Below are positions 10,213-19,624 of a stretch of DNA of 44,294 nt, in pieces (within the stretch, counting starts at the first letter, position 1; every line of letters begins with the position of its first letter). The position numbers and the translations under genes are program-made. Where the stretch lies: NCBI GenBank assembly GCA_964588175.1, contig CAZPNW010000074.1, positions 1 through 44,294 on the forward strand, in the 5' to 3' direction. Below the pieces are notes generated by a model that made no database searches, was not told the origin of the DNA, and worked only from the letters and a program-made list of their open reading frames with translations. Source of the DNA: an uncultured Planctomycetales bacterium (lineage in GTDB: Bacteria; Omnitrophota; Gorgyraeia; Gygaellales; Profunditerraquicolaceae).

Positions 10213-11061
10213 ATGAAAAGCACAGCTTATTATACGACGAAAAAAATCGCTTTGAATACGCTTATCCATCTTTTCTTGATATCGGTTTCCGTTACATGCC
10301 TTTTTCCTCTGTTTTGGATGATCTCTTCCAGCCTGAAAACCCAGGAAACAATATTTAAAGACATGTCTTTAATCCCCCATGAGTTCCATTTTGAAAATTA
10401 CTATTTGGCCTGGCAGGAGGGTGGATTCGGAAGGTATTTTCTCAATAGTATATTTTATACGGTTTCGGTTGTTGCCGGTATAGTGATTATTTCTTCCATG
10501 GCAGCGTACGCATTCTCCCGTTTTCGTTTTCCGGGCCGCGGGATCCTTTTCTCGGTCTTTATGGTCGCTATGATGATCCCTATTCCCGGCAGCTTTGTCG
10601 CGCTTTATGTTTTATTAAATAAGCTCCATCTGAGGAATACCCCTATCGGGTATATCCTTTGCATGATCAATGTGGGATTATCAACGAGCATATTTCTTTT
10701 AAAGACATTTTTTGATAAGATGCCGAAAGAGCTTGAAGATGCCGCTCGAATAGATGGTTGTTCAAAAATGGGGATATGGTGGCATGTGGCTCTGCCTTTA
10801 GCAAAGCCCGTGCTTGCGGTTGTGGTTGTATTTAACGCTCTTAATGTTTGGAATGAATATGTGTTAGCGTTGATCATTTTTGATTCAAAGCCTCTTATGC
10901 CGCTGCAGGTCGCGTTACAGACTTTTCAGGGGGAATTTATCACGAAATATCCTCTTTTAATGGCTGGTTTGACCATTACCGCATTACCGATCATTATCGT
11001 CTATATCCTTATGCAAAAATATATCGTTAAAGGGGTTACCCAAGGAGCATTAGTGGGATGA
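10213..11061 (+). CDS. Sugar ABC transporter permease (MalG/UgpE-like)
   Basis: Multi-TM protein. EAA motif LEDAARIDGCSKMGIWWHVALPLAKP. Confidence 0.85.
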   Translation: MKSTAYYTTKKIALNTLIHLFLISVSVTCLFPLFWMISSSLKTQETIFKDMSLIPHEFHFENYYLAWQEGGFGRYFLNSIFYTVSVVAGIVIISSMAAYAFSRFRFPGRGILFSVFMVAMMIPIPGSFVALYVLLNKLHLRNTPIGYILCMINVGLSTSIFLLKTFFDKMPKELEDAARIDGCSKMGIWWHVALPLAKPVLAVVVVFNALNVWNEYVLALIIFDSKPLMPLQVALQTFQGEFITKYPLLMAGLTITALPIIIVYILMQKYIVKGVTQGALVG

Positions 11062-13451
11062 TTGAGAAGCCAGGGGTCCTCAAATACAGGGTTTCGGCAA
11101 AAATACTATTGTATGCCGCATGTCTTTTCGTACTTTCTTCCGACAGCTTTGTTTTGGCGGCAGAGCCGGTGACTATTCCTGCCGATACGGCTCCCGTTGT
11201 CCCTGAAGCCGCGCAAATCACCGCTACTGAAAAAAAGCTTTCTTCGTCGGAATTAGTCGATAAGGCATGGGAAGCCCATGGCCAGAAAGATGCCGTTCTT
11301 ACCTTTGAGTATACCAATCAATGCATTGACCTCTATAAAGATGAAGCTGCCAGGCTGCAGGGGGCTTTAAAAGAGCTGCCCCGCGGCAAGAAGGAAATCG
11401 AAGCTGTCCAGGTTTTAAACGATGTGGCGACCGCGTATTTTATACAAGGGGAATCCTACCGTAACCAGGGAAAAAAAGAGGATGCCATAAAGACTTTTCA
11501 GATTATTGCCGATAAGTATTCTTTTGCCCAGGCATGGGACCAGCGGGGGTGGTTCTGGGTCATCGCTAAAACCGCCCAGGAAGCTATCGCTCAACTTAAA
11601 GATGTGCCTGCAGCAGCGAAACCGGCCGCAGTAAAGAAAGTAAGCCAGCTTCCTACGAAAATCACGTTATATGACCCCGGGAAAGAAGATTTTGTCGATT
11701 ATTTGAAATACGGGGAATTCAAAAATGTCGGAACAAAGGATTACCAATATGTGGTCAAAGACCAGGATGGATTAAGCGTGGCTGTCGGAGAAGGGGTGTA
11801 CCCGAATACTTCTTCTATCCGGTGGGACCCTGAATATAAGAAAACACAGAAAACAGGCCGGCTCGAAGGCAGCCATTGGGATTTTGTCAATTCGCCTGAT
11901 CTGGAGGCTGCGTTCTTGAAGTGGGCGACTGCTCCCGAGCCTCAGGGAGTAAAACTGTTTTATACGGGCTTACTTTTGGAGAAATCGGGCTTAATTAAAC
12001 ATGCGATCAAATGTTACTATTCGATCGTGGTGCATTTTCCCGGAAGCTACGGATGGACCTATTGGCATACGCCGTGGTATGTGGGCCAGGCAGCTATCGC
12101 TAAGATCAATTTTTTATTGCGCAATAATCCTCAGCTGGGCTACCGGCTTATTGATGCCGATATTACTATTACCAATGGTTTTGATCATGACCTTGCCAAC
12201 GACGTGATCATGACTAACCCCGGGAGATTCGTGAAGCTCGGGCTGTTGGATAAAATAAAACCAAAAGTCCAGCAGGATTCGATCAATATAAAACGGACAC
12301 TGGGTAAGGGTAATGTCCATCTGGCGCAATATGAGAATGGCGATTGGCAGTTGATCGTCGATGATAAGCCGTTTGTCGTAAAAGCGATCACCTATTCTCC
12401 TACTAAAATAGGGCAATCTCCCGACGAGCATACCTTAGGCGATTGGCAGTTCGAAGATTTTAATAAAAACGGCAAGATCGACGGCCCCTATGATTCGTTT
12501 GTAGACGCCAATAAAAATAACTCCCAGGATCCCGATGAGCCGGCGGTGGGGGACTTTAAATTAATGCAGGATATGGGGGTTAATTCAATACGGTTGTATC
12601 ATCATCCGCTTAAGATGAATAAAGAATTATTGCGCGATCTCTATAAGACATACGGCATCCGGGTTATTATGGGAGATTTTTTCGGCAAGTACGCTATCGG
12701 CTCAGGAGCAAAATGGAATCCCGGTACTGATTATACGAATGAAGAACAGAAAAAGAATATGCTTGATTCTGTCTTGAAGATGGTTACAGAATATAAGGAT
12801 GAGCCGTTTATTTTGTTCTGGCTTTTGGGGAATGAGAATGTATACGGTTATGCCTGTAACGCAGATAAAGAGCCGGATGCGTTCTTTGCCTTTGCCAATG
12901 AAGCGGCCCGGCAGATCAAAGCGATCGACCCGGATCATCCTGTTGCCATCTGCAGCGGTGATGTCCTTTTTCTGGATAAATTCGGCAAAGGCTCGCCTGA
13001 TATTGATATATTCGGGACAAACGCCTACCGGGGGAATTACGGCTTTGGCTTCTTATGGAAACAAGTTAAAGAGCAGGCTGATAAACCGGTATTTATCACT
13101 GAATATGGATGCCCCGCTTTTGCCGAAGGCAAATCTTCAGACGAAGCAGAGGAGTTCCAATCAGAATATCATCGCGGCACCTGGGAGGATATAGAGAATA
13201 ATATGGCGTTTGCCGACGGAGCCGGTAATTCTATCGGTGGGGTTGTTTTTGAGTGGATCGATGAATGGTGGAAAGCCTATGAACCATTTATGCATGATAC
13301 GAAAGGATTGTTTACCGGGCCGTTCCCTGATGGTTTTATGCATGAGGAATGGCTTGGCATCAGCGGACAAGGTAAGGGTAAGTTAAGCCCGTTTTTGCGG
13401 CAGTTGCGCAAAGCATATTTTATGTATAAGAAAAAATGGAAAGTGAAATAA
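11058..13451 (+). CDS. Secreted TPR-like N-terminal region fused to a clan GH-A (GH2-TIM-barrel-like) glycoside hydrolase
   Basis: Signal peptide. The start overlaps the previous stop by 4 nt. Ordered motifs FVVKAITYSP, MGVNSIRLYHH, WLLGNENVYG (acid/base NE), IDIFGTNAYRG, PVFITEYGCPAF (nucleophile E), GGVVFEWIDEWWK. Confidence 0.65.
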   Translation: MIEKPGVLKYRVSAKILLYAACLFVLSSDSFVLAAEPVTIPADTAPVVPEAAQITATEKKLSSSELVDKAWEAHGQKDAVLTFEYTNQCIDLYKDEAARLQGALKELPRGKKEIEAVQVLNDVATAYFIQGESYRNQGKKEDAIKTFQIIADKYSFAQAWDQRGWFWVIAKTAQEAIAQLKDVPAAAKPAAVKKVSQLPTKITLYDPGKEDFVDYLKYGEFKNVGTKDYQYVVKDQDGLSVAVGEGVYPNTSSIRWDPEYKKTQKTGRLEGSHWDFVNSPDLEAAFLKWATAPEPQGVKLFYTGLLLEKSGLIKHAIKCYYSIVVHFPGSYGWTYWHTPWYVGQAAIAKINFLLRNNPQLGYRLIDADITITNGFDHDLANDVIMTNPGRFVKLGLLDKIKPKVQQDSINIKRTLGKGNVHLAQYENGDWQLIVDDKPFVVKAITYSPTKIGQSPDEHTLGDWQFEDFNKNGKIDGPYDSFVDANKNNSQDPDEPAVGDFKLMQDMGVNSIRLYHHPLKMNKELLRDLYKTYGIRVIMGDFFGKYAIGSGAKWNPGTDYTNEEQKKNMLDSVLKMVTEYKDEPFILFWLLGNENVYGYACNADKEPDAFFAFANEAARQIKAIDPDHPVAICSGDVLFLDKFGKGSPDIDIFGTNAYRGNYGFGFLWKQVKEQADKPVFITEYGCPAFAEGKSSDEAEEFQSEYHRGTWEDIENNMAFADGAGNSIGGVVFEWIDEWWKAYEPFMHDTKGLFTGPFPDGFMHEEWLGISGQGKGKLSPFLRQLRKAYFMYKKKWKVK

Positions 13452-13596
13452 TATGCAAGGAGGGAGAAAGGAGGTCGTCGTAGGCGAATCAGAAAAACTT
13501 AAAAATAAATTATAGGGCCGTGTTTTTTATAAAGGACTTCTTAAGCCCTTTGTAAATATTTTTTCAATGGAACGGCAATTAATAAGGAGGAGAGAT

Positions 13597-14754
13597 ATGA
13601 AAAAGTTGGTGCTGGTGGTAATGGCGGTCTGTGCCTGCTTATCCTTAGCTTTCGCTCAGGAAAAAGCTGCCGATAAGGCTGCCGCGGTAAAAGAGTTTGT
13701 TGTTTATTCGGATAAAGGAGCGCGTGACAATCATTATATCCCTTCGGGATGGATGGGTGATTACGGCGATATTAAACTTAATGATCAGGCGACTGATAAG
13801 CCTTATTCCGGAACTACCTGTTTGCAGTTTATTTATTCCGCAAAGAAAACGCAAGGCCAGGGATGGGCGGGTGTTTATTGGCAGAATCCCGCGAATAACT
13901 GGGGTACTAAAAAAGGCGGGTTTGACCTGACCGGTATGACTAAGCTTACCTTCTGGGCGCGCGGTGCCAAAGGTGGAGAAGTTCTGCAGAAGGTTGTTGT
14001 CGGCGGTATAAAAGGGACGTACCCGGATTCTACATCGGTAGAATTCGGCCCGATTGAATTGACTGATAACTGGAAACAATTTACCGTTAATGTGGCGGGG
14101 AAAGACCTTTCGTATATAAACGGCGGTTTTGGCTGGGTTGCGACAAATGATCTTTCTCCTGAAGGCTGTACTTTTTATCTGGATGATATTAAGTTTGAAG
14201 CCGATCCTACCATGAAACCTGCGAGTAAGAAGCAGGAAGCAGTGCCGTTTTATATTTACTCAGACCGGTCCTCGGCGAATAATCATTTTATTCCTTCGGG
14301 CTGGATGGGTGATTACGGCGATTTAAAATATGATGGTGCTTCCAAAGAAGACCCGTATTTAGGCGATACCTGTATTAAGATCCTGTACAGCGGTAAGGCG
14401 ACTCAAGGAGCCCGTTGGGCAGGTATCTACTGGCAGAATCCCGCGAATAACTGGGGTACTGTTGACGGAGGGTTTGACCTTTCTAAAGCTACCAAATTCA
14501 CTTTTTGGGCACGGGGTGCCAAGGGCGGTGAAAGGATCGAAGAATTCAAAGTCGGCGGCATTATGGGAGAATATTCCGACTCAGATACTGCCAGTATCGG
14601 CCCGGTCATCCTGAATAAGGAATGGACACAATACACTATCGACTTAAAAGGAAAAGACCTTTCTTTTATTATCGGTGGGTTTGCGTGGGCGACCAACATC
14701 GATGTGAATCCGGAAGGCGCTGTTCTTTATCTGGATGAACTCAAATACGAATAA
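13597..14754 (+). CDS. Secreted protein made of two tandem ~168-aa homologous domains (carbohydrate-binding-like)
   Basis: AAGGAGGAG RBS before ATG 13597. Signal peptide. Two repeats share HYIPSGWMGDYGD...YWQNPANNWGT..GGFDL...FWARGAKGGE...LDD/ELK(F/Y)E. Confidence 0.7.
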   Translation: MKKLVLVVMAVCACLSLAFAQEKAADKAAAVKEFVVYSDKGARDNHYIPSGWMGDYGDIKLNDQATDKPYSGTTCLQFIYSAKKTQGQGWAGVYWQNPANNWGTKKGGFDLTGMTKLTFWARGAKGGEVLQKVVVGGIKGTYPDSTSVEFGPIELTDNWKQFTVNVAGKDLSYINGGFGWVATNDLSPEGCTFYLDDIKFEADPTMKPASKKQEAVPFYIYSDRSSANNHFIPSGWMGDYGDLKYDGASKEDPYLGDTCIKILYSGKATQGARWAGIYWQNPANNWGTVDGGFDLSKATKFTFWARGAKGGERIEEFKVGGIMGEYSDSDTASIGPVILNKEWTQYTIDLKGKDLSFIIGGFAWATNIDVNPEGAVLYLDELKYE

Positions 14755-14802
14755 TAATCCTTTGGCGCCTGTTTTTCATAGCCGGAGAGAAAAGCGTTAA
14801 TT

Positions 14803-14847
14803 CACTTGAGTCCGTTATCAAAATGATAACGGACTCAAGTGTTTTTT
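14803..14847 (+). terminator. Strong rho-independent terminator
   Basis: Perfect 18-bp stem CACTTGAGTCCGTTATCA (14803-14820) / TGATAACGGACTCAAGTG (14824-14841), 3-nt loop, then TTTTTT (14842-14847). Confidence 0.9.
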
Positions 14848-14868
14848 AAACAATCCCGAGAAATCATA

Positions 14869-16119
14869 ATGAAAAAACAAAGTATTCTTTATTCCGTTAT
14901 CATTCTTTCGCTTTTCTTAATGGGGATGAGCGCGAAAATCAATCCCCGTGTCTATATAAAACAGTTTAAAAACGGCCATTATCAATTGATCGTTAATAAA
15001 AAACCCTATCTTATCAAGGGCGTTTGTTATAATCCTATTCCTATCGGAGAAACCTACAATTATGATTGGTGGTCTAATCAGTATAAACCGTGGCTTGTCG
15101 ACGGGAAACTTATGAAAGCCATGGGCGTTAATACCGTCAGGTTTTACCAGCCTGGCGAGAATCCTGATGCGGTCAAGGCTGTTATCAAGGATTTGTATGA
15201 GCAATATGGGATCCGTTCAGTCATGGGCCATTGGCTTGGGTTTTGGGAATATCCGTGCCCTTTTTACGGCGATAAGGCGTTCCAGGATAAAGTCAGAAAA
15301 GAAGTCCTGGAAATGGTAAACGCCTATAAGGATGAGCCGGGGATCCTGATGTGGGTCTTAGGAAATGAGAATAACTATTCATGTTTGAACCTCGTTCATC
15401 CCTGGTCGAATGATGAGATCGATAAAGAACCCGATCCGCAGAAACAAAAGAATATGCGCGCGCGGATCTATTATTCTTTTGTGAATGACCTGGCCAAAGA
15501 GATACACGCGATAGACCCGCATCATCCGGTAGCATTAGGCAATGGGGAGCTTATCGGCTTAGAGGTTGCCAATGAGGTCTGCCGGGAGGTAGATCTTGTC
15601 GCCTGTATTATTTATCGCGGTAAGACTTTTGGGAATTTATTTAACTCTTTAAAATTGACTTTTGATAAGCCGCTTTTCCTCTCGGAATTCGGCGCGGATT
15701 GTTATGACGCTTTTGCGAAGAAAGAAGACCAGAATATGCAGGCGTTCTTTATGGAGTCGCAATGGCGGCAGATTTACCTCAATGTGGCAAAGAGCCCTGA
15801 GGGGCCGGGTAATTGCATCGGCGGGACCATGTTTGAGTGGAATGATGAGTGGTGGAAGCATAATGAATACAGCCCTGACGGATGGGGCGTACATGATACG
15901 GAATCAAACTGGTCCAACGGCAGCTATTACTTTGATATTAAGGCGGAAAGAAATATGAACATGAATGAAGAATGGTTTGGTATTGTCGCTTTGTCCTCAG
16001 AGGAGAAAGAGGAAGGATTGGATAAGCGGATACCTCGTAAGGCATATTATGTTATCCGGGAATTCTGGAAGAAACCTGTTCTTGAAATTAAAAGTATTCG
16101 GGGGAAAAAGGCAAAATGA
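14869..16119 (+). CDS. Clan GH-A glycoside hydrolase, paralog of the catalytic part of 11058-13451
   Basis: Signal peptide. Motifs YLIKGVCYNP, MGVNTVRFYQP, WVLGNENNYS, PLFLSEFGADCY, GGTMFEWNDEWWKH in the same order as the upstream paralog. The GTG 14839 start is rejected because it lies inside the terminator stem. Confidence 0.7.
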   Translation: MKKQSILYSVIILSLFLMGMSAKINPRVYIKQFKNGHYQLIVNKKPYLIKGVCYNPIPIGETYNYDWWSNQYKPWLVDGKLMKAMGVNTVRFYQPGENPDAVKAVIKDLYEQYGIRSVMGHWLGFWEYPCPFYGDKAFQDKVRKEVLEMVNAYKDEPGILMWVLGNENNYSCLNLVHPWSNDEIDKEPDPQKQKNMRARIYYSFVNDLAKEIHAIDPHHPVALGNGELIGLEVANEVCREVDLVACIIYRGKTFGNLFNSLKLTFDKPLFLSEFGADCYDAFAKKEDQNMQAFFMESQWRQIYLNVAKSPEGPGNCIGGTMFEWNDEWWKHNEYSPDGWGVHDTESNWSNGSYYFDIKAERNMNMNEEWFGIVALSSEEKEEGLDKRIPRKAYYVIREFWKKPVLEIKSIRGKKAK

Positions 16120-17765
16120 AAAAACATACGAGTGATTCGAGACAAAGATTTATTGAAAGATCCCGCCTGGGTTTTATTATCTGTGTTTTGTGGGTTTGCG
16201 CATCGGCAATAGTGCCGCCTGCGCGCGCGCAGCAGAATGATACGGCGGTGGCCCTGACAAAAGAGATCATGGATGCCAAGACCCCCGAGAGCCTTTTTAA
16301 GAGTTTTGAGGCTTTAGCAAGCCAATACGCCGAGAGCCATGCCTATTCTGATTTTGTGGTGTTCTTAAGGTCTTTAGCCCAGAAAAAACAATCACTTGAT
16401 GCGTATATTCATTATCATATCGCTTTCACCCGCTATCAACAACTGAAATACCTTGAAGAAACGCTCGCCTGGGATGAATATTTCAGCCAAGGCAATACCT
16501 ATCGGGAAGATCTTATGTTGAGCGCGCAGAAAGTTATTGAGGTGGCTTCCGTTAACGATTCCCTGAGAGTTTATGCCCGGTTGGTCCTCTGGCAGTTCCA
16601 TTATGACCAGCAGGACGCGTTTCATGAACAGGCGCTTGTTGATTTGATGAATGATGTTGCCGCGTACGCAGGAGGCGCGCCGGATATGCGGCCGGTCAGG
16701 AAAGCTGCGGATACCTTGTTATCGTACGGCCAGAAAGGTAAGTCGCGCGAATTATATAAGCTATATGTGGAAAAAACCATTGCTACGGTCGCCAAAACAG
16801 ATGAGCTTATGACGGCAGCGCTTGATTTTTATAAACAAAACAATTCCGAACTGGCAGAGCTTATGTTTGACGCGTACATCGGGCGGATCACGAATGCCCT
16901 GCCGAAAGAAGAAGCGATCCCTCTTTTAAGGAAAATAGCTTTCTTATTTGTTTATAGAACTCAAGCCGGTTTTCAGGATTTATTATACGCTGAAAGTGTT
17001 TTCGCAAAGATGTCCGCTCTCGGCGGTAAAGATATATTTGATGCCGAATTGCTTTATCAGCGGGCATTGAACGTTGAGAAAGCAAAAGAGTACGCATTAG
17101 CGCGAGCCTATTATGAAGAATTAGTCCAGCGGTATCCCGATGCGCCGTATATTGATGCGGCATGTTTTAAGCTGGGGGCCATGTGCCTGTATGCTTTCCG
17201 GGATCTCAAGACGGGTAAAGAGTACCTTCAGAAAACCGCTCAAAAAGGGTCCGGCAATCCTTATTGCCTGGCGAGCCTTTATCAGCTGGGGCTTTTAAGC
17301 CAATGGGAAGAGGACTATGATGCGGCAAAGAAATATTACGCGGATTGCCTGGAGAAAGCAAAGGGTGATTTCCCGCAGACAGAGTCTATGATACATGAGC
17401 GTATGAAAGAGATCGAGGGGCAGAAACCCCTTGAATATAACCTGAAAACATTTTTAGATACGTCATTAAAACAAGGGTATGAAAATTTCGAAATGAATAA
17501 GCTGGAATTAAAAGTTTCACCGTTAACAGCCCAAAAGGATTCTTCGGTGGCAGTAAGCGCTATGCCCTTCCTGTCGGAAAGCGGCTGCATGCAGGTTTCT
17601 GTCGAATACCTCTGGTCAGGCAACCTCGGTAAAGAATTGCCTGCTTCCGAGCAAGCTTCTTTTCAAACCTCTTATAATGAACTTGGGCCTCAACTGATCA
17701 ATGTGGTCGCGGTTACTGCAAGCGGCATTATTGACCGATGTTTTGTTATCGTTGATATTGAATAA
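16116..17765 (+). CDS. Secreted TPR-repeat protein with a beta-rich C-terminal domain
   Basis: ATGA start/stop overlap with the preceding gene. Signal peptide ...PPARAQQ. Repeated TPR-like A..YY....Y helices, e.g. EYALARAYYEELVQRYPDAPYIDAACFKLG. Confidence 0.6.
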   Translation: MKKHTSDSRQRFIERSRLGFIICVLWVCASAIVPPARAQQNDTAVALTKEIMDAKTPESLFKSFEALASQYAESHAYSDFVVFLRSLAQKKQSLDAYIHYHIAFTRYQQLKYLEETLAWDEYFSQGNTYREDLMLSAQKVIEVASVNDSLRVYARLVLWQFHYDQQDAFHEQALVDLMNDVAAYAGGAPDMRPVRKAADTLLSYGQKGKSRELYKLYVEKTIATVAKTDELMTAALDFYKQNNSELAELMFDAYIGRITNALPKEEAIPLLRKIAFLFVYRTQAGFQDLLYAESVFAKMSALGGKDIFDAELLYQRALNVEKAKEYALARAYYEELVQRYPDAPYIDAACFKLGAMCLYAFRDLKTGKEYLQKTAQKGSGNPYCLASLYQLGLLSQWEEDYDAAKKYYADCLEKAKGDFPQTESMIHERMKEIEGQKPLEYNLKTFLDTSLKQGYENFEMNKLELKVSPLTAQKDSSVAVSAMPFLSESGCMQVSVEYLWSGNLGKELPASEQASFQTSYNELGPQLINVVAVTASGIIDRCFVIVDIE

Positions 17766-17796
17766 AAAAATTTTATAGAGCGTTATAAACAAAAAA

Positions 17797-17834
17797 GCGA
17801 AGACTCTATTTTCTAGAATCTTCGCTTTCTTTTT
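17797..17834 (+). terminator. Rho-independent terminator of the glycan locus
   Basis: GCGAAGACTCTA / TAGAATCTTCGC stem (1 mismatch) followed by TTTCTTTTT. Confidence 0.75.
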
Positions 17835-17838
17835 ATAC

Positions 17839-17915
17839 TGGTTGCGGGGAGAGGATTTGAACCTCTGACCTTTAGGTTATGAGCCTAACGAGCTACCAGG
17901 CTGCTCCACCCCGCG
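17839..17915 (-). tRNA. Initiator tRNA-fMet (anticodon CAT), CCA encoded
   Basis: Reverse complement CGCGGGGTGGAGCAGCCTGGTAGCTCGTTAGGCTCATAACCTAAAGGTCAGAGGTTCAAATCCTCTCCCCGCAACCA is 77 nt with a cloverleaf. C1-A72 mismatch. The first 27 nt are identical to E. coli tRNA-fMet as I recall it. Confidence 0.9.
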
Positions 17916-17920
17916 ATCAT

Positions 17921-18193
17921 TTATTCATCTTGAGGGATTATCCGGACAGGGACTTCGTTTTTACGGACAACTCCCATTTTTTCACGGATGATCTTCTCTT
18001 GATAGAAGGAATCGTTTTCGATCCGTTTTATTTCTTTTTGGAGGAAAATATTCTCCGCCGCCAAGCGTTTAATCTTTACTTCCAGGTCAAAGTTTTTTTC
18101 TTTGAGTTCTTGAAGTTTTGTATAGCCGGGAAGAAAGAGGATCAATACCAGAAATATCCCCCCCCAGAGGTACAAGGTTTTCTTTAATAACAT
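17921..18193 (-). CDS. ftsB: Cell division protein FtsB/DivIC (septum formation initiator)
   Basis: Single N-terminal TM, then a leucine-zipper-like coiled coil and ...EKIIREKMGVVRKNE, typical of the FtsB/DivIC family. It lies immediately downstream of eno. Confidence 0.7.
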   Translation of the reverse strand: MLLKKTLYLWGGIFLVLILFLPGYTKLQELKEKNFDLEVKIKRLAAENIFLQKEIKRIENDSFYQEKIIREKMGVVRKNEVPVRIIPQDE

Positions 18194-18196
18194 GTA

Positions 18197-19579
<1,383 letters not shown>

Positions 19580-19624
19580 TTATGTATACTCTTATGATAT
19601 CTTATTTCTCTAAAGGGAGTTACT

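Noticed and set aside
14839-14868. Longer GTG-initiated version of the second glycosidase ORF (14839 start)
   Set aside because: The GTG lies inside the 3' arm of the perfect 18-bp terminator stem. ATG 14869 gives a normal signal peptide (MKKQSILYSVIILSLFLMG).
17879-18187. 102-aa plus-strand ORF overlapping tRNA-fMet and ftsB
   Set aside because: It starts inside the tRNA gene and is antisense to ftsB, so it is a shadow ORF.
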